Of a stretch of DNA of 32,000 nt, positions 1-7,418 are shown piece by piece. The DNA is from Ruminococcus sp. (GTDB lineage Bacteria; Bacillota; Clostridia; Oscillospirales; Ruminococcaceae), in contig JAFVFL010000046.1 of NCBI GenBank assembly GCA_017475555.1, positions 138,676 to 170,675 on the forward strand. The letters are read 5' to 3'. Numbering within the stretch: position 1 is the stretch's first letter; the number at the start of each line of letters is the position of its first letter. The position numbers were made by a program, and so were the translations under genes. The notes beneath the pieces were generated by a model, which was given only the letters and a program-made list of their open reading frames with translations, was not told the DNA's origin and ran no database searches.

Positions 1-934
1 TGAATATCTTGTCGCTTGCCGCCATTCCATTCATTGCAACGTGAAAGTAACTTCCAAGTCGGTGCATCGGCAGGAAAAATTCAGCAGACAGAAGTATCAT
101 AAAAATGCAGTTGGCAAGTGCAAGATTTCCCTTAACAAAGGCTCTTGTTGCCATGAGGATTCCAAGTGCAGCACCGCCGTATGCGAAGAAGTCCATGATG
201 ATTATGGAGTTGAGCTGCATGGTGAGGACTTTCATGGTCACGAAGCGGAAGTTCTCGGATTCCTCATTCATCTGCTTGTTTTTGAATTCGTCCGCCTGAT
301 AGGTTTTCAGCGTGGTCATGCCCTGCAAGTTTTCAAGGAATGTTGAGCCAAGCTGTGCGTACTGTCCCCAATATTTTGAGAGCAGCTTTTTGGCGATTTT
401 CTGCACCATCATGATCGCTCCGGGAATCAGCGGTACACAGACCAGAAGCACTGTTGCAGTCGCCCAGCTTCCGCCGAATCCGAACAGGAAAAACAGTGTG
501 ATCGGTGCGATGAATGCGTAGAAAAACTGCGGAACGTAAAGTCCGAAGTAGCTTTCAAGCTGGTCAACTCCCTCAACAGATTCCTGCACAAGCTCCGCAG
601 TTGTGACTTGTTCACGGTACTTGCTGCCGAGTTTCAATAGCTTGCCGTATATCATCTCTCGCATTTTCTGCTTTACGGTTTTGGACGCAAGATAGCTCAT
701 TCTCGTTGCTCCTCTTGCAGTGAAAAAGCGTACAATTACGGTCATCAAAATAAATATGACAGGGAATCCGATATTGAATGCTTCCAGCGTTCCGTCATAT
801 AAGTCTCCGATCGTCGTAACAATCAGTGCTATCATGACAGCATTCATACAAAGCTCCAGCCATTGCAAAATGATATTGCCGATAATGTATTTTTTACTTT
901 CGGGACATAACTGTGTTAATCGTTTATCAAACAT
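1..934 (-). CDS. Type I ABC exporter (fused permease/ATPase, CydD/CydC-like), N-terminal transmembrane domain; 3' part of the gene runs off the left edge
   Basis: Absent from the ORF track because it is open to the window edge. Manual minus-strand translation from ATG 934..932 (GGAGG about 7 nt upstream) reads MFDKRLTQLCPESKKYIIGNIILQWLELCMNAV...GLYVPQFFYAFIAPITLFFLFGF...FLENLQGMTTLKTYQADEF...AMNGMAASDKIF. There is no stop down to nt 1. The pattern is typical of an ABC exporter TMD. Confidence 0.75.
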   Translation of the reverse strand, partial: MFDKRLTQLCPESKKYIIGNIILQWLELCMNAVMIALIVTTIGDLYDGTLEAFNIGFPVIFILMTVIVRFFTARGATRMSYLASKTVKQKMREMIYGKLLKLGSKYREQVTTAELVQESVEGVDQLESYFGLYVPQFFYAFIAPITLFFLFGFGGSWATATVLLVCVPLIPGAIMMVQKIAKKLLSKYWGQYAQLGSTFLENLQGMTTLKTYQADEFKNKQMNEESENFRFVTMKVLTMQLNSIIIMDFFAYGGAALGILMATRAFVKGNLALANCIFMILLSAEFFLPMHRLGSYFHVAMNGMAASDKIF

Positions 935-965
935 ACATATCCTCCATTCAGATAGTTTTATCTAA

Positions 966-994
966 ATTATATCACTTTTTCAGAATTTATTCAA
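966..994 (-). promoter_or_regulatory. sigma70-type promoter for the ABC exporter gene
   Basis: Minus strand reads TTGAAT (994..989), a 17-nt spacer, then TGaTATAAT (-10 at 971..966). Confidence 0.45.
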
Positions 995-1088
995 CCTGTT
1001 GACCATGCACAAATCAGCAAGCTATTATTTGTTCAAAAGGGAGAATTTTCAATCTTTTCCTCACATCCTCGAAATCTCACTTGACATA

Positions 1089-1097
1089 TGCTATAAT
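1089..1097 (+). promoter_or_regulatory. Extended -10 element (TGcTATAAT) upstream of the PD-(D/E)XK gene
   Basis: tgctataat lies at 1089..1097, about 65 nt upstream of ATG 1164. The adjacent TTGACA (1081..1086) is only 5 nt away, so it is not a functional -35 partner. Confidence 0.35.
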
Positions 1098-1163
1098 GAA
1101 AATACAGTCTGAATATAGGGAACCTGAGAGATTTTGAATAGTGGTATAGGGGAGGTGTGCAGC

Positions 1164-2258
1164 ATGAATGAGTCAATTTTCAGCAGATTGTTCCGTTACA
1201 GAGAAACGCCGAAAATGTCACCGACAGAAAACTATCTCACTGAAATGCTTGCATGGATGATCGACAATCTGCCGCAGTTCGGGCATGATTATGTTCAGCT
1301 TTTATCTGCCAAATGTATGGAAAGTGCGGCATTTGATGCAGCAGATCTGTTTCCAGTTTCTGCAAAAACACAGGTAAAGGTTAAAACCGGTTTTATAGAC
1401 ATGGTGGTAATTACAAACCACAATATAGGATTTATATGTGAGCACAAAACAGACAGTTTATTGAGTGATGATCAGATACAAAAATACTACGATCACAGTG
1501 ATGAAATAGATGATAGTCTGGTCTTTAAGACAGTTTTGCTGACAAAGCATTCAAAGCAGCACACACAGGATTCAGATATCGCATTAACATGGCATGAGCT
1601 GTATGAGTTCTTTTCCAGGCGGCTCGAAAACGGTGAATATGACTCAGGCGAGACAATGATCACCGAACAATTTTTAATGTATCTTACGGAGGTAGGAATG
1701 GGCAGGAAGGACAGTATCCGGATCGGGAGCGTAGAGCACTACTGTGAAGCGATGAAATTGGATCAGACGCTGAAAAGTATTTTCAGCGATATCGTCACTG
1801 ATAAAGAGCTGGAAACGAAATGCTGCGGGATAAGAGAATTTGTATCGTCATATGATCCCTCTGTTCCCGCCAGACGCTGGGGACGTATCGGAATAGAGTT
1901 CTCGGACAGCTGGGAGCCTGGAATCTTTGCAGGCGTCATACTGGACAACAAAGATCACCAGCTGAGAGAATTTAACGATCAGCCTCAGCTTGTTGTTCTG
2001 ATAGACTGTGACCCTGAAAGAAGCTCCGATATCCTCAGTAAACCGGGCTTCAAAAATATTATGGCAAATATTCCTGATTCTGAAAACGGATTTATCATAG
2101 ACAGATCACCTCAGAGCAAATGGAGATCGCTGATCCTCCAGAAGCCCCTGAAAGATGTTCTGAGGCACAATGAATATGAGGAACAGAAAAACGACATTAT
2201 GACTGAGATCATTTCGGGTATCAATATAATTTTAAAATATTATGGCGGCACAAAGTAA
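1164..2258 (+). CDS. PD-(D/E)XK nuclease superfamily protein (364 aa)
   Basis: ATG 1164 is preceded by GGGGAGG at about 8 nt. N-terminal SPTENYLTEMLAWMI followed by GFIDMVVITNHNIGFICEHKTDSLLSDDQIQKYY matches the D...(E/Q)xK core and the trailing Qhx+Y pattern of PD-(D/E)XK families. Confidence 0.6.
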   Translation: MNESIFSRLFRYRETPKMSPTENYLTEMLAWMIDNLPQFGHDYVQLLSAKCMESAAFDAADLFPVSAKTQVKVKTGFIDMVVITNHNIGFICEHKTDSLLSDDQIQKYYDHSDEIDDSLVFKTVLLTKHSKQHTQDSDIALTWHELYEFFSRRLENGEYDSGETMITEQFLMYLTEVGMGRKDSIRIGSVEHYCEAMKLDQTLKSIFSDIVTDKELETKCCGIREFVSSYDPSVPARRWGRIGIEFSDSWEPGIFAGVILDNKDHQLREFNDQPQLVVLIDCDPERSSDILSKPGFKNIMANIPDSENGFIIDRSPQSKWRSLILQKPLKDVLRHNEYEEQKNDIMTEIISGINIILKYYGGTK

Positions 2259-2297
2259 AGCTCAGAATTGATACAACTATGAAAGGGAGGAATGTGA

Positions 2298-3005
2298 ATG
2301 AAGGTCACAGTTTATTCAAGAGAAGAAGTCGAAGGCATTATCAACGCTGACAGTTTTCCGCAGAATACCGCAGTTATCAGTTTTTGTGACCCGGAGCTGA
2401 AGCATATTGACAAAAACTATTCCCGTGTTGATTACAGCTGCTGCTGCGATAATGTGTTTTACTGCGAGGTGGACGACCTTGACCTCGACTATCTTCCTGA
2501 AAAGGGATATACCTACGACAGCTATTTTCCGGAAGCGGCTGAAGCTGCACAGTTTATCGGAAAAGCGTTTCGTGACGGCAAGGATATCATCTGTCAGTGT
2601 GAATACGGTCAGAGCCGCAGTGCAGGCTGTGCAGCGGCAATACTGGAGCATTTTTACCGCAGGGGTATTGACATATTTGCGGAATATAAGTATTATCCGA
2701 ATCAGGTCGTATATCACAAGGTATTTGATGCACTGGAATCAGCAGCCTTTCAGCCTACGGAATATCTCTGGCGTGTGTATGAATATTCGGGTACAAAAAA
2801 TCCGTTCAGCAGATATGCAGTCGAGGAAAGCCTGAACAGGCTGACTCAGACGGAGAGGGATATTCTGTATATGTATCTGTGGGACAGACGCCCGATCATT
2901 TCTATTGCAGAGCAAGCCGGATACAGTGATCTGCGTATCGAGCAGATATTATCAAAAGTACACCGTCATTTAGCACAATATATTACAAGCTTTATGCGAG
3001 GATAG
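2298..3005 (+). CDS. Fusion protein: CX5R phosphatase-like N-domain plus sigma70 region-4/LuxR-like HTH C-domain
   Basis: RBS AAAGGGAGGAA lies upstream. P-loop CEYGQSRSAG fits C-X5-R-S after DIICQ, preceded by an acidic EVDDLDLD segment. The C-terminus LTQTERDILYMYLWDRRPIISIAEQAGYSDLRIEQILSKVHRHL looks like sigma70 region 4. Confidence 0.55.
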   Translation: MKVTVYSREEVEGIINADSFPQNTAVISFCDPELKHIDKNYSRVDYSCCCDNVFYCEVDDLDLDYLPEKGYTYDSYFPEAAEAAQFIGKAFRDGKDIICQCEYGQSRSAGCAAAILEHFYRRGIDIFAEYKYYPNQVVYHKVFDALESAAFQPTEYLWRVYEYSGTKNPFSRYAVEESLNRLTQTERDILYMYLWDRRPIISIAEQAGYSDLRIEQILSKVHRHLAQYITSFMRG

Positions 3006-3074
3006 ACAGGTTTACAGTGTCAGGCAGTACAAGCTCTCAGAGCCTGCTGCAAAACTGATATGAATTCTTTCAAT

Positions 3075-3121
3075 AAAATCCCCCTGTTCAGCAGTCAGTG
3101 GCTGCCGGACAGGGGATTTTT
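3075..3121. terminator. Bidirectional hairpin terminator between convergent genes
   Basis: aaaatccccctgt ... acaggggatttt forms a stem of about 12 bp (one bulged C). It has an A-tract 5' and a T-tract 3', and lies between the stop at 3005 (+) and the stop at 3153 (-). Confidence 0.6.
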
Positions 3122-3152
3122 CAAAGCATAAGCGAATAAGAATTTATAATGA

Positions 3153-3722
3153 TCAGAATAATCTTATCATTCTGTTGTATATCCTCTGAGGAAGAAAGCT
3201 GCGGTATATAGCCTCATAAGCCTGCTGTACAGCCTCAGCCGAAAGTTCACGGCTGCCAAAGCTCAGCAGGACATAGGTCACTCCGAATACCTCTGCCTTG
3301 ACCCCGGTATCACTTAGACCGCAACGAAGATAAAAATCAATGCGTCTTCTGCGTGTTTCAAGCTCCTCACCGGTACAGCCCTCCGGAGCCTCCGACTCGC
3401 AGAGAACAATATCTGCACTGGCAAGCTGTGCCTTGAGTATTTCAAGAAATTCCGAACCTATCCCCTGCCCTCTCATGCCGCTGAGTACAGCAAAGTAGTC
3501 CAGCAGATAATACGTCCTGCCGCTGTCATTTATCCTCACAAGGAACGCATATCCGCACAGCTCGTCTCCACGGAACAGTCCGATGCACCGGTAAAGCCCC
3601 GCCTTTAAATGCTTTCGTATCATCGCAAGCGGCTTCAGCTCGCTGCTCGGAAAATCGTGCTTCATGTGCTCCCGGTAAATATGTGATATCTGCTCGTTTG
3701 TAAGCGATTCGCAGTGATACAT
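3153..3722 (-). CDS. GNAT family N-acetyltransferase
   Basis: Acetyl-CoA motif A is MRGQGIGSEFLEILKAQ. Start moved to ATG 3722, because the listed GTG 3731 sits inside the RBS GGGGTGAG. Confidence 0.75.
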   Translation of the reverse strand: MYHCESLTNEQISHIYREHMKHDFPSSELKPLAMIRKHLKAGLYRCIGLFRGDELCGYAFLVRINDSGRTYYLLDYFAVLSGMRGQGIGSEFLEILKAQLASADIVLCESEAPEGCTGEELETRRRRIDFYLRCGLSDTGVKAEVFGVTYVLLSFGSRELSAEAVQQAYEAIYRSFLPQRIYNRMIRLF

Positions 3723-3740
3723 TTTTCTCACCCCGAATAC

Positions 3741-3769
3741 AGTCTAACACATAAACAGATTCAAGTCAA
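3741..3769 (-). promoter_or_regulatory. sigma70-type promoter for the GNAT gene
   Basis: Minus strand reads TTGACT (3769..3764), a 17-nt spacer, then TGtTAGACT (-10 at 3746..3741). Confidence 0.4.
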
Positions 3770-3814
3770 TAAGCTTTGCCGTATTTCTATCCGATTCGTT
3801 GGAATGCACAAAAA

Positions 3815-4696
3815 TCAGACTGTATCTGCCGCTGTCCGTCCGGATCTTTTATCCATGAGCATGAGTACCAGAAACACAAGGCATAATAAAAATGTCGGTA
3901 TACTTGCAATGAGCTGCTGAGGTATCGTGGGCACGAAGTCTTCGGGAATACCGCTCAGTAAAAACTGCCCTGTGATACTGCCGCCGTTGTTGATCATTGC
4001 ATGACAGATAGCTGCCGGATATATAGAGCCGGTCTTTTTAGTGAGCCACATAAGTATCATTCCGTCAAAGGTGCAGATAATACACATCGAAAGAAAGCCA
4101 AGATACGGGTATCCTGGATAATCTGTACCGAAGTTATGCCCCTCAACAGTCAGCTCAGCGTGCCAGAGCCCCCAGATGATACCGCCGACTATGATAGTCC
4201 CCACAGTTCCGATAAGCGGCTCCATTTTCTGATTCATGTATCCTCTCCAGCCAAACTCCTCGCCGAAGGTATTGAACGCTACAAGCGGAGAGACTGTCAG
4301 CACCATAAGCAAACTGCTGACCGCCTCTTTCCATGTAAAGCCATCTCCAAGCCCTGACCAGTCTCCGTGGCCAAATATCAGCGTTGCAAGTACGCCCTGA
4401 GGAAGTGATATTATACTCACTATCACGACGGAAATTATATAGTATTTCACATTGCCCCTGAGCCTCAGGTGAAGCAGGCTGTCATGCCAGCCCTCATGAG
4501 TGAGCTTTCTTGTTATAACATTCGCAAGTGCGGGTCCATAGTCCATAAAACAGAAGAGCACCGGATATTTGTTCGTCTCGAACCATTCGTGATAACCAAA
4601 GACCTTATTGAATATTATCGCCGGTATCCACGAAAGTGCAAAGGCGAGCACCAGAAAAATACACAGCCGCTTCGCTTCGAGCTTTTTATTTAACAT
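3815..4696 (-). CDS. CPBP family intramembrane metalloprotease (CAAX/Abi-like)
   Basis: Three CPBP motifs are present: GEEFGWRGYM (EExxxR), IWGLWH (FxxxH-type) and CHAMINN (HxxxN). The protein is polytopic and hydrophobic. Its start overlaps the upstream permease stop by 11 nt. Confidence 0.8.
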   Translation of the reverse strand: MLNKKLEAKRLCIFLVLAFALSWIPAIIFNKVFGYHEWFETNKYPVLFCFMDYGPALANVITRKLTHEGWHDSLLHLRLRGNVKYYIISVVIVSIISLPQGVLATLIFGHGDWSGLGDGFTWKEAVSSLLMVLTVSPLVAFNTFGEEFGWRGYMNQKMEPLIGTVGTIIVGGIIWGLWHAELTVEGHNFGTDYPGYPYLGFLSMCIICTFDGMILMWLTKKTGSIYPAAICHAMINNGGSITGQFLLSGIPEDFVPTIPQQLIASIPTFLLCLVFLVLMLMDKRSGRTAADTV

Positions 4697-6266
4697 ACTC
4701 GTTCACTCCTTTCATGAACAGCCTGCACGATATCCTGTACGAAGCATAGTACGCCGCAAGTGCCGCTGGCGGGAACAGACTTGATATAAGATATACCGTA
4801 TCAGTTGCCTCGCCGTTGTATATACCGGATATAAAGCCTAACAGCTTATCCTCTGTCTCTGAAGGGAGCATAGCAAAAATTATCGTTGCTATGAGCGACA
4901 GGGAAAGCATTGCAGATACCTTGATGATACTGCCCTTTTTCGCACCATACCTTACAATAAACGGGATATCGAAGGCACTAAGTAAAAGCAGTACAAAGAA
5001 TACTATCAGTATCGTTCCGGTCGCAGGGGATACCTCCTCTCCGATAACTGCATATCTCATGGTATCAGAAATACTGTTGAAAAATATCCATGATACCATG
5101 TATATCCCGTTCAGGGCAAAGCACATAACGTACTTGTAATACATGAAGCCCTTTACTCCGGCGGGTGTCGAGACGGTAAAAAATGCCCAGAGCTTCTTGT
5201 CATCGCCGAGAAAAACGCCTGAAATGATATTACTTATAAGAAATACGCCAGAAACGATCAGTAATATCGTAGCTAATCTGCCTGTAGCGTCCATGATACT
5301 TATGTTTTCGTCATCGCCGGATATTGAAGCAAAAGCTACCATGATAAATACAAAAATCCTCAGGAAAAGGGGAAGCAGTGCTGAAAGGAAGATATTCAGG
5401 ACATTCTGCCTTATCTCCTTATAGAGAAAGCCCTTGGGATAGTCTCCGGAAAAGGATATCGTCTCCGCATTTTCAGCCCTTTCAGCTGATCTATGACCGC
5501 TGACAGCTCCTGTGCCGTATGCACGGGAAAGACGGCTGCATATCACAAAATAATCCAGTACAAAAAAAGCAGCTGTGAGCGGTATCAACCTAAGAAGATG
5601 GACTGCGGAGATCTCTGTGATAAGGCTGAGATCAGGAACACCATTCTCCATATTTATATGTATCTTGTTTTTCAGTACTCTGTAGGCTATCACAGCAAAA
5701 AGAACAGAGATTCCTACAGTAACAAACCCTGAACGATTGTACATTTTCTTGTAGTCGTCCATATTCCTTGCTGAAAAAGTAAAATAATTCAGGATTATCT
5801 CCATTATTTCAAACATGATAAGGCACGCAAGCTCTACTATTATAAAGCCGCAGGTAAACCTGAGCCCGGCTAATTTGCAGAACCCGATGATATTCAGTGT
5901 ACAGAACAGCATACTGACAGCAGTTGTGATGATATTCCTGGCTATTATTGTTTTTGCCCGGTCAGACGGAGTTATAGGCAGAGCATAGGAATATCTGAGC
6001 CAGCCCGACATTATATCACGCTTTATGCTGTCTCCTAATGCCAAACCTGTTGTTGCGCTGATAAATGCGGCATATATCGAAACCATATACGCAAAGGATT
6101 CCAAATTACTTTTTACTTCATCTGCATACAGCGAATCATCGTTTTTTATTGTTATCAGAGCAGCCCACATCATTCCGAAAAACAATATCAGCATGATCGC
6201 CCTGATAATATTTACCTTTCTGTTCAGACGCTGATCCTGAAAAAACAGTGACCTGAATTTTGTCAT
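4686..6266 (-). CDS. ABC-2 type transporter permease, large polytopic membrane protein
   Basis: Highly hydrophobic protein of about 526 aa, immediately downstream of the ABC ATPase. ATG 6266 overlaps the ATPase stop (TGATG), with GGGGAG upstream. Confidence 0.65.
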   Translation of the reverse strand: MTKFRSLFFQDQRLNRKVNIIRAIMLILFFGMMWAALITIKNDDSLYADEVKSNLESFAYMVSIYAAFISATTGLALGDSIKRDIMSGWLRYSYALPITPSDRAKTIIARNIITTAVSMLFCTLNIIGFCKLAGLRFTCGFIIVELACLIMFEIMEIILNYFTFSARNMDDYKKMYNRSGFVTVGISVLFAVIAYRVLKNKIHINMENGVPDLSLITEISAVHLLRLIPLTAAFFVLDYFVICSRLSRAYGTGAVSGHRSAERAENAETISFSGDYPKGFLYKEIRQNVLNIFLSALLPLFLRIFVFIMVAFASISGDDENISIMDATGRLATILLIVSGVFLISNIISGVFLGDDKKLWAFFTVSTPAGVKGFMYYKYVMCFALNGIYMVSWIFFNSISDTMRYAVIGEEVSPATGTILIVFFVLLLLSAFDIPFIVRYGAKKGSIIKVSAMLSLSLIATIIFAMLPSETEDKLLGFISGIYNGEATDTVYLISSLFPPAALAAYYASYRISCRLFMKGVNEYVK

Positions 6267-7144
6267 CAAGACCACTCCCCTTCTCCCTTATGTACATAGT
6301 ACAGCATAACATCGTCAAGACTCACCGGGTCAATGACTGCGTCCCTGTACCTGTAGCCTGCATTCTCCCTGTCCGGCACCATTACCTCTGCACCGTAATT
6401 ATTGACCCTTATGCTGATGATATCCTCCGGTGCAATTTCACTGAGCTTGTCCTTAGCACATTTGAGTATGCCGTGTTTTTCGAGTATATCGTCCTTGTAT
6501 CCGGTCAGAAGAATGCGTCCCTTGTCAATGAATGTAACGCTGTCAGCTATCTTTTCAAGGTCGGAGGTTATATGCGAGGACATGAGTATCGACCTTTCGC
6601 CGTCCTTCAGGTATTCCATAAATATGTGCAGTATCTCGTCACGAACAACCGGATCAAGTCCTGTAGTTGCCTCGTCCATCACGAGCAGCTCAGCGTTGTG
6701 GGAAAGAGCACAGGCTATTTGCAGCTTCATCTTCATGCCCTTTGAGAACTGCCCTATCTTTTTCTTTACAGGGAGCTGAAAACGCTCAAGATACTGCATA
6801 TAGACCGCATTGTCCCACTCCGGATACAGTCCCTCAAAGATACGTGCCATATCCTTAGGATTGAAGATATCGTGAAACGGCAGCTCATCGAACACAACTG
6901 CGATACGTGTCTTTATCTCCTGCTCATGCTTTATATGGTCAAGTCCGAGTATCTGTATCCCGCCCTCGTCGATATCAGTAATATTGAGCAGACTGCGTAT
7001 CGTGGTCGTTTTTCCTGCACCATTCTGACCGATAAATCCCATAATGCTCCCCTTCGGGACATTAAAGCTTACGTGGTCGAGCATGAAGCCCTCATAGTGC
7101 TTTGTGACATCTTTAAGTGTTATAGCATTTTCATATCCGGTCAT
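6266..7144 (-). CDS. ABC transporter ATP-binding protein (ABC-2/bacitracin-lantibiotic immunity type)
   Basis: Walker A GQNGAGKTTT, signature-like FSKGMKMKLQIA, Walker B LLVMDEATTGLD, H-loop SSHI. RBS is GGAGGAAA. Confidence 0.9.
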   Translation of the reverse strand: MTGYENAITLKDVTKHYEGFMLDHVSFNVPKGSIMGFIGQNGAGKTTTIRSLLNITDIDEGGIQILGLDHIKHEQEIKTRIAVVFDELPFHDIFNPKDMARIFEGLYPEWDNAVYMQYLERFQLPVKKKIGQFSKGMKMKLQIACALSHNAELLVMDEATTGLDPVVRDEILHIFMEYLKDGERSILMSSHITSDLEKIADSVTFIDKGRILLTGYKDDILEKHGILKCAKDKLSEIAPEDIISIRVNNYGAEVMVPDRENAGYRYRDAVIDPVSLDDVMLYYVHKGEGEWS

Positions 7145-7209
7145 AATTATTTCCTCCGTTCTTATACAGATCAGCTGTGTACGATAAATGTATAATTACT
7201 ATGTATACA

Positions 7210-7238
7210 ATTATAGCACGCTCGTTACACTTTGTCAA
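7210..7238 (-). promoter_or_regulatory. Consensus sigma70 promoter for the ABC/permease/CPBP operon
   Basis: Minus strand reads TTGACA (7238..7233), a 17-nt spacer, then TGcTATAAT (-10 at 7215..7210). Confidence 0.55.
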
Positions 7239-7317
7239 GTGTTTTTTAAGATTATTTTGCTGAAAAGGAAAAAACATATCGCAGACGCCAAAAACCCTTG
7301 GCGTTCAGTATAAAACG

Positions 7318-7348
7318 AAAAAAGGAGCTGTGTTTCAAGCTCCTTTTT
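7318..7348 (-). terminator. Rho-independent terminator downstream of the pectate lyase gene
   Basis: aaaaaggagct / agctccttttt forms an 11-bp stem with an 8-nt loop. A/T tracts on both sides lie about 70 nt past the stop at 7419. Confidence 0.65.
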
Positions 7349-7418
7349 CCATTATATCATTATATTGGAAACCGCATTCAGCTTAGCTGGCTGCGGAGGT
7401 CCGCATGATGATCTGATA

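Noticed and set aside
41-965. Plus-strand ORFs in the track (41..346, 105..299, 312..521, 720..965) and the minus-strand ORF 427..615
   Set aside because: All lie antisense to, or out of frame with, the long uninterrupted minus-strand ABC exporter reading frame (1..934). That frame has a proper RBS and start and typical TMD sequence. The listed ORFs have low-complexity or odd composition and no RBS.
1081-1097. Apparent perfect TTGACA plus TATAAT pair
   Set aside because: The spacer is only 5 nt, so the two cannot act as a -35/-10 pair. Only the extended -10 (TGcTATAAT) is kept as a candidate.
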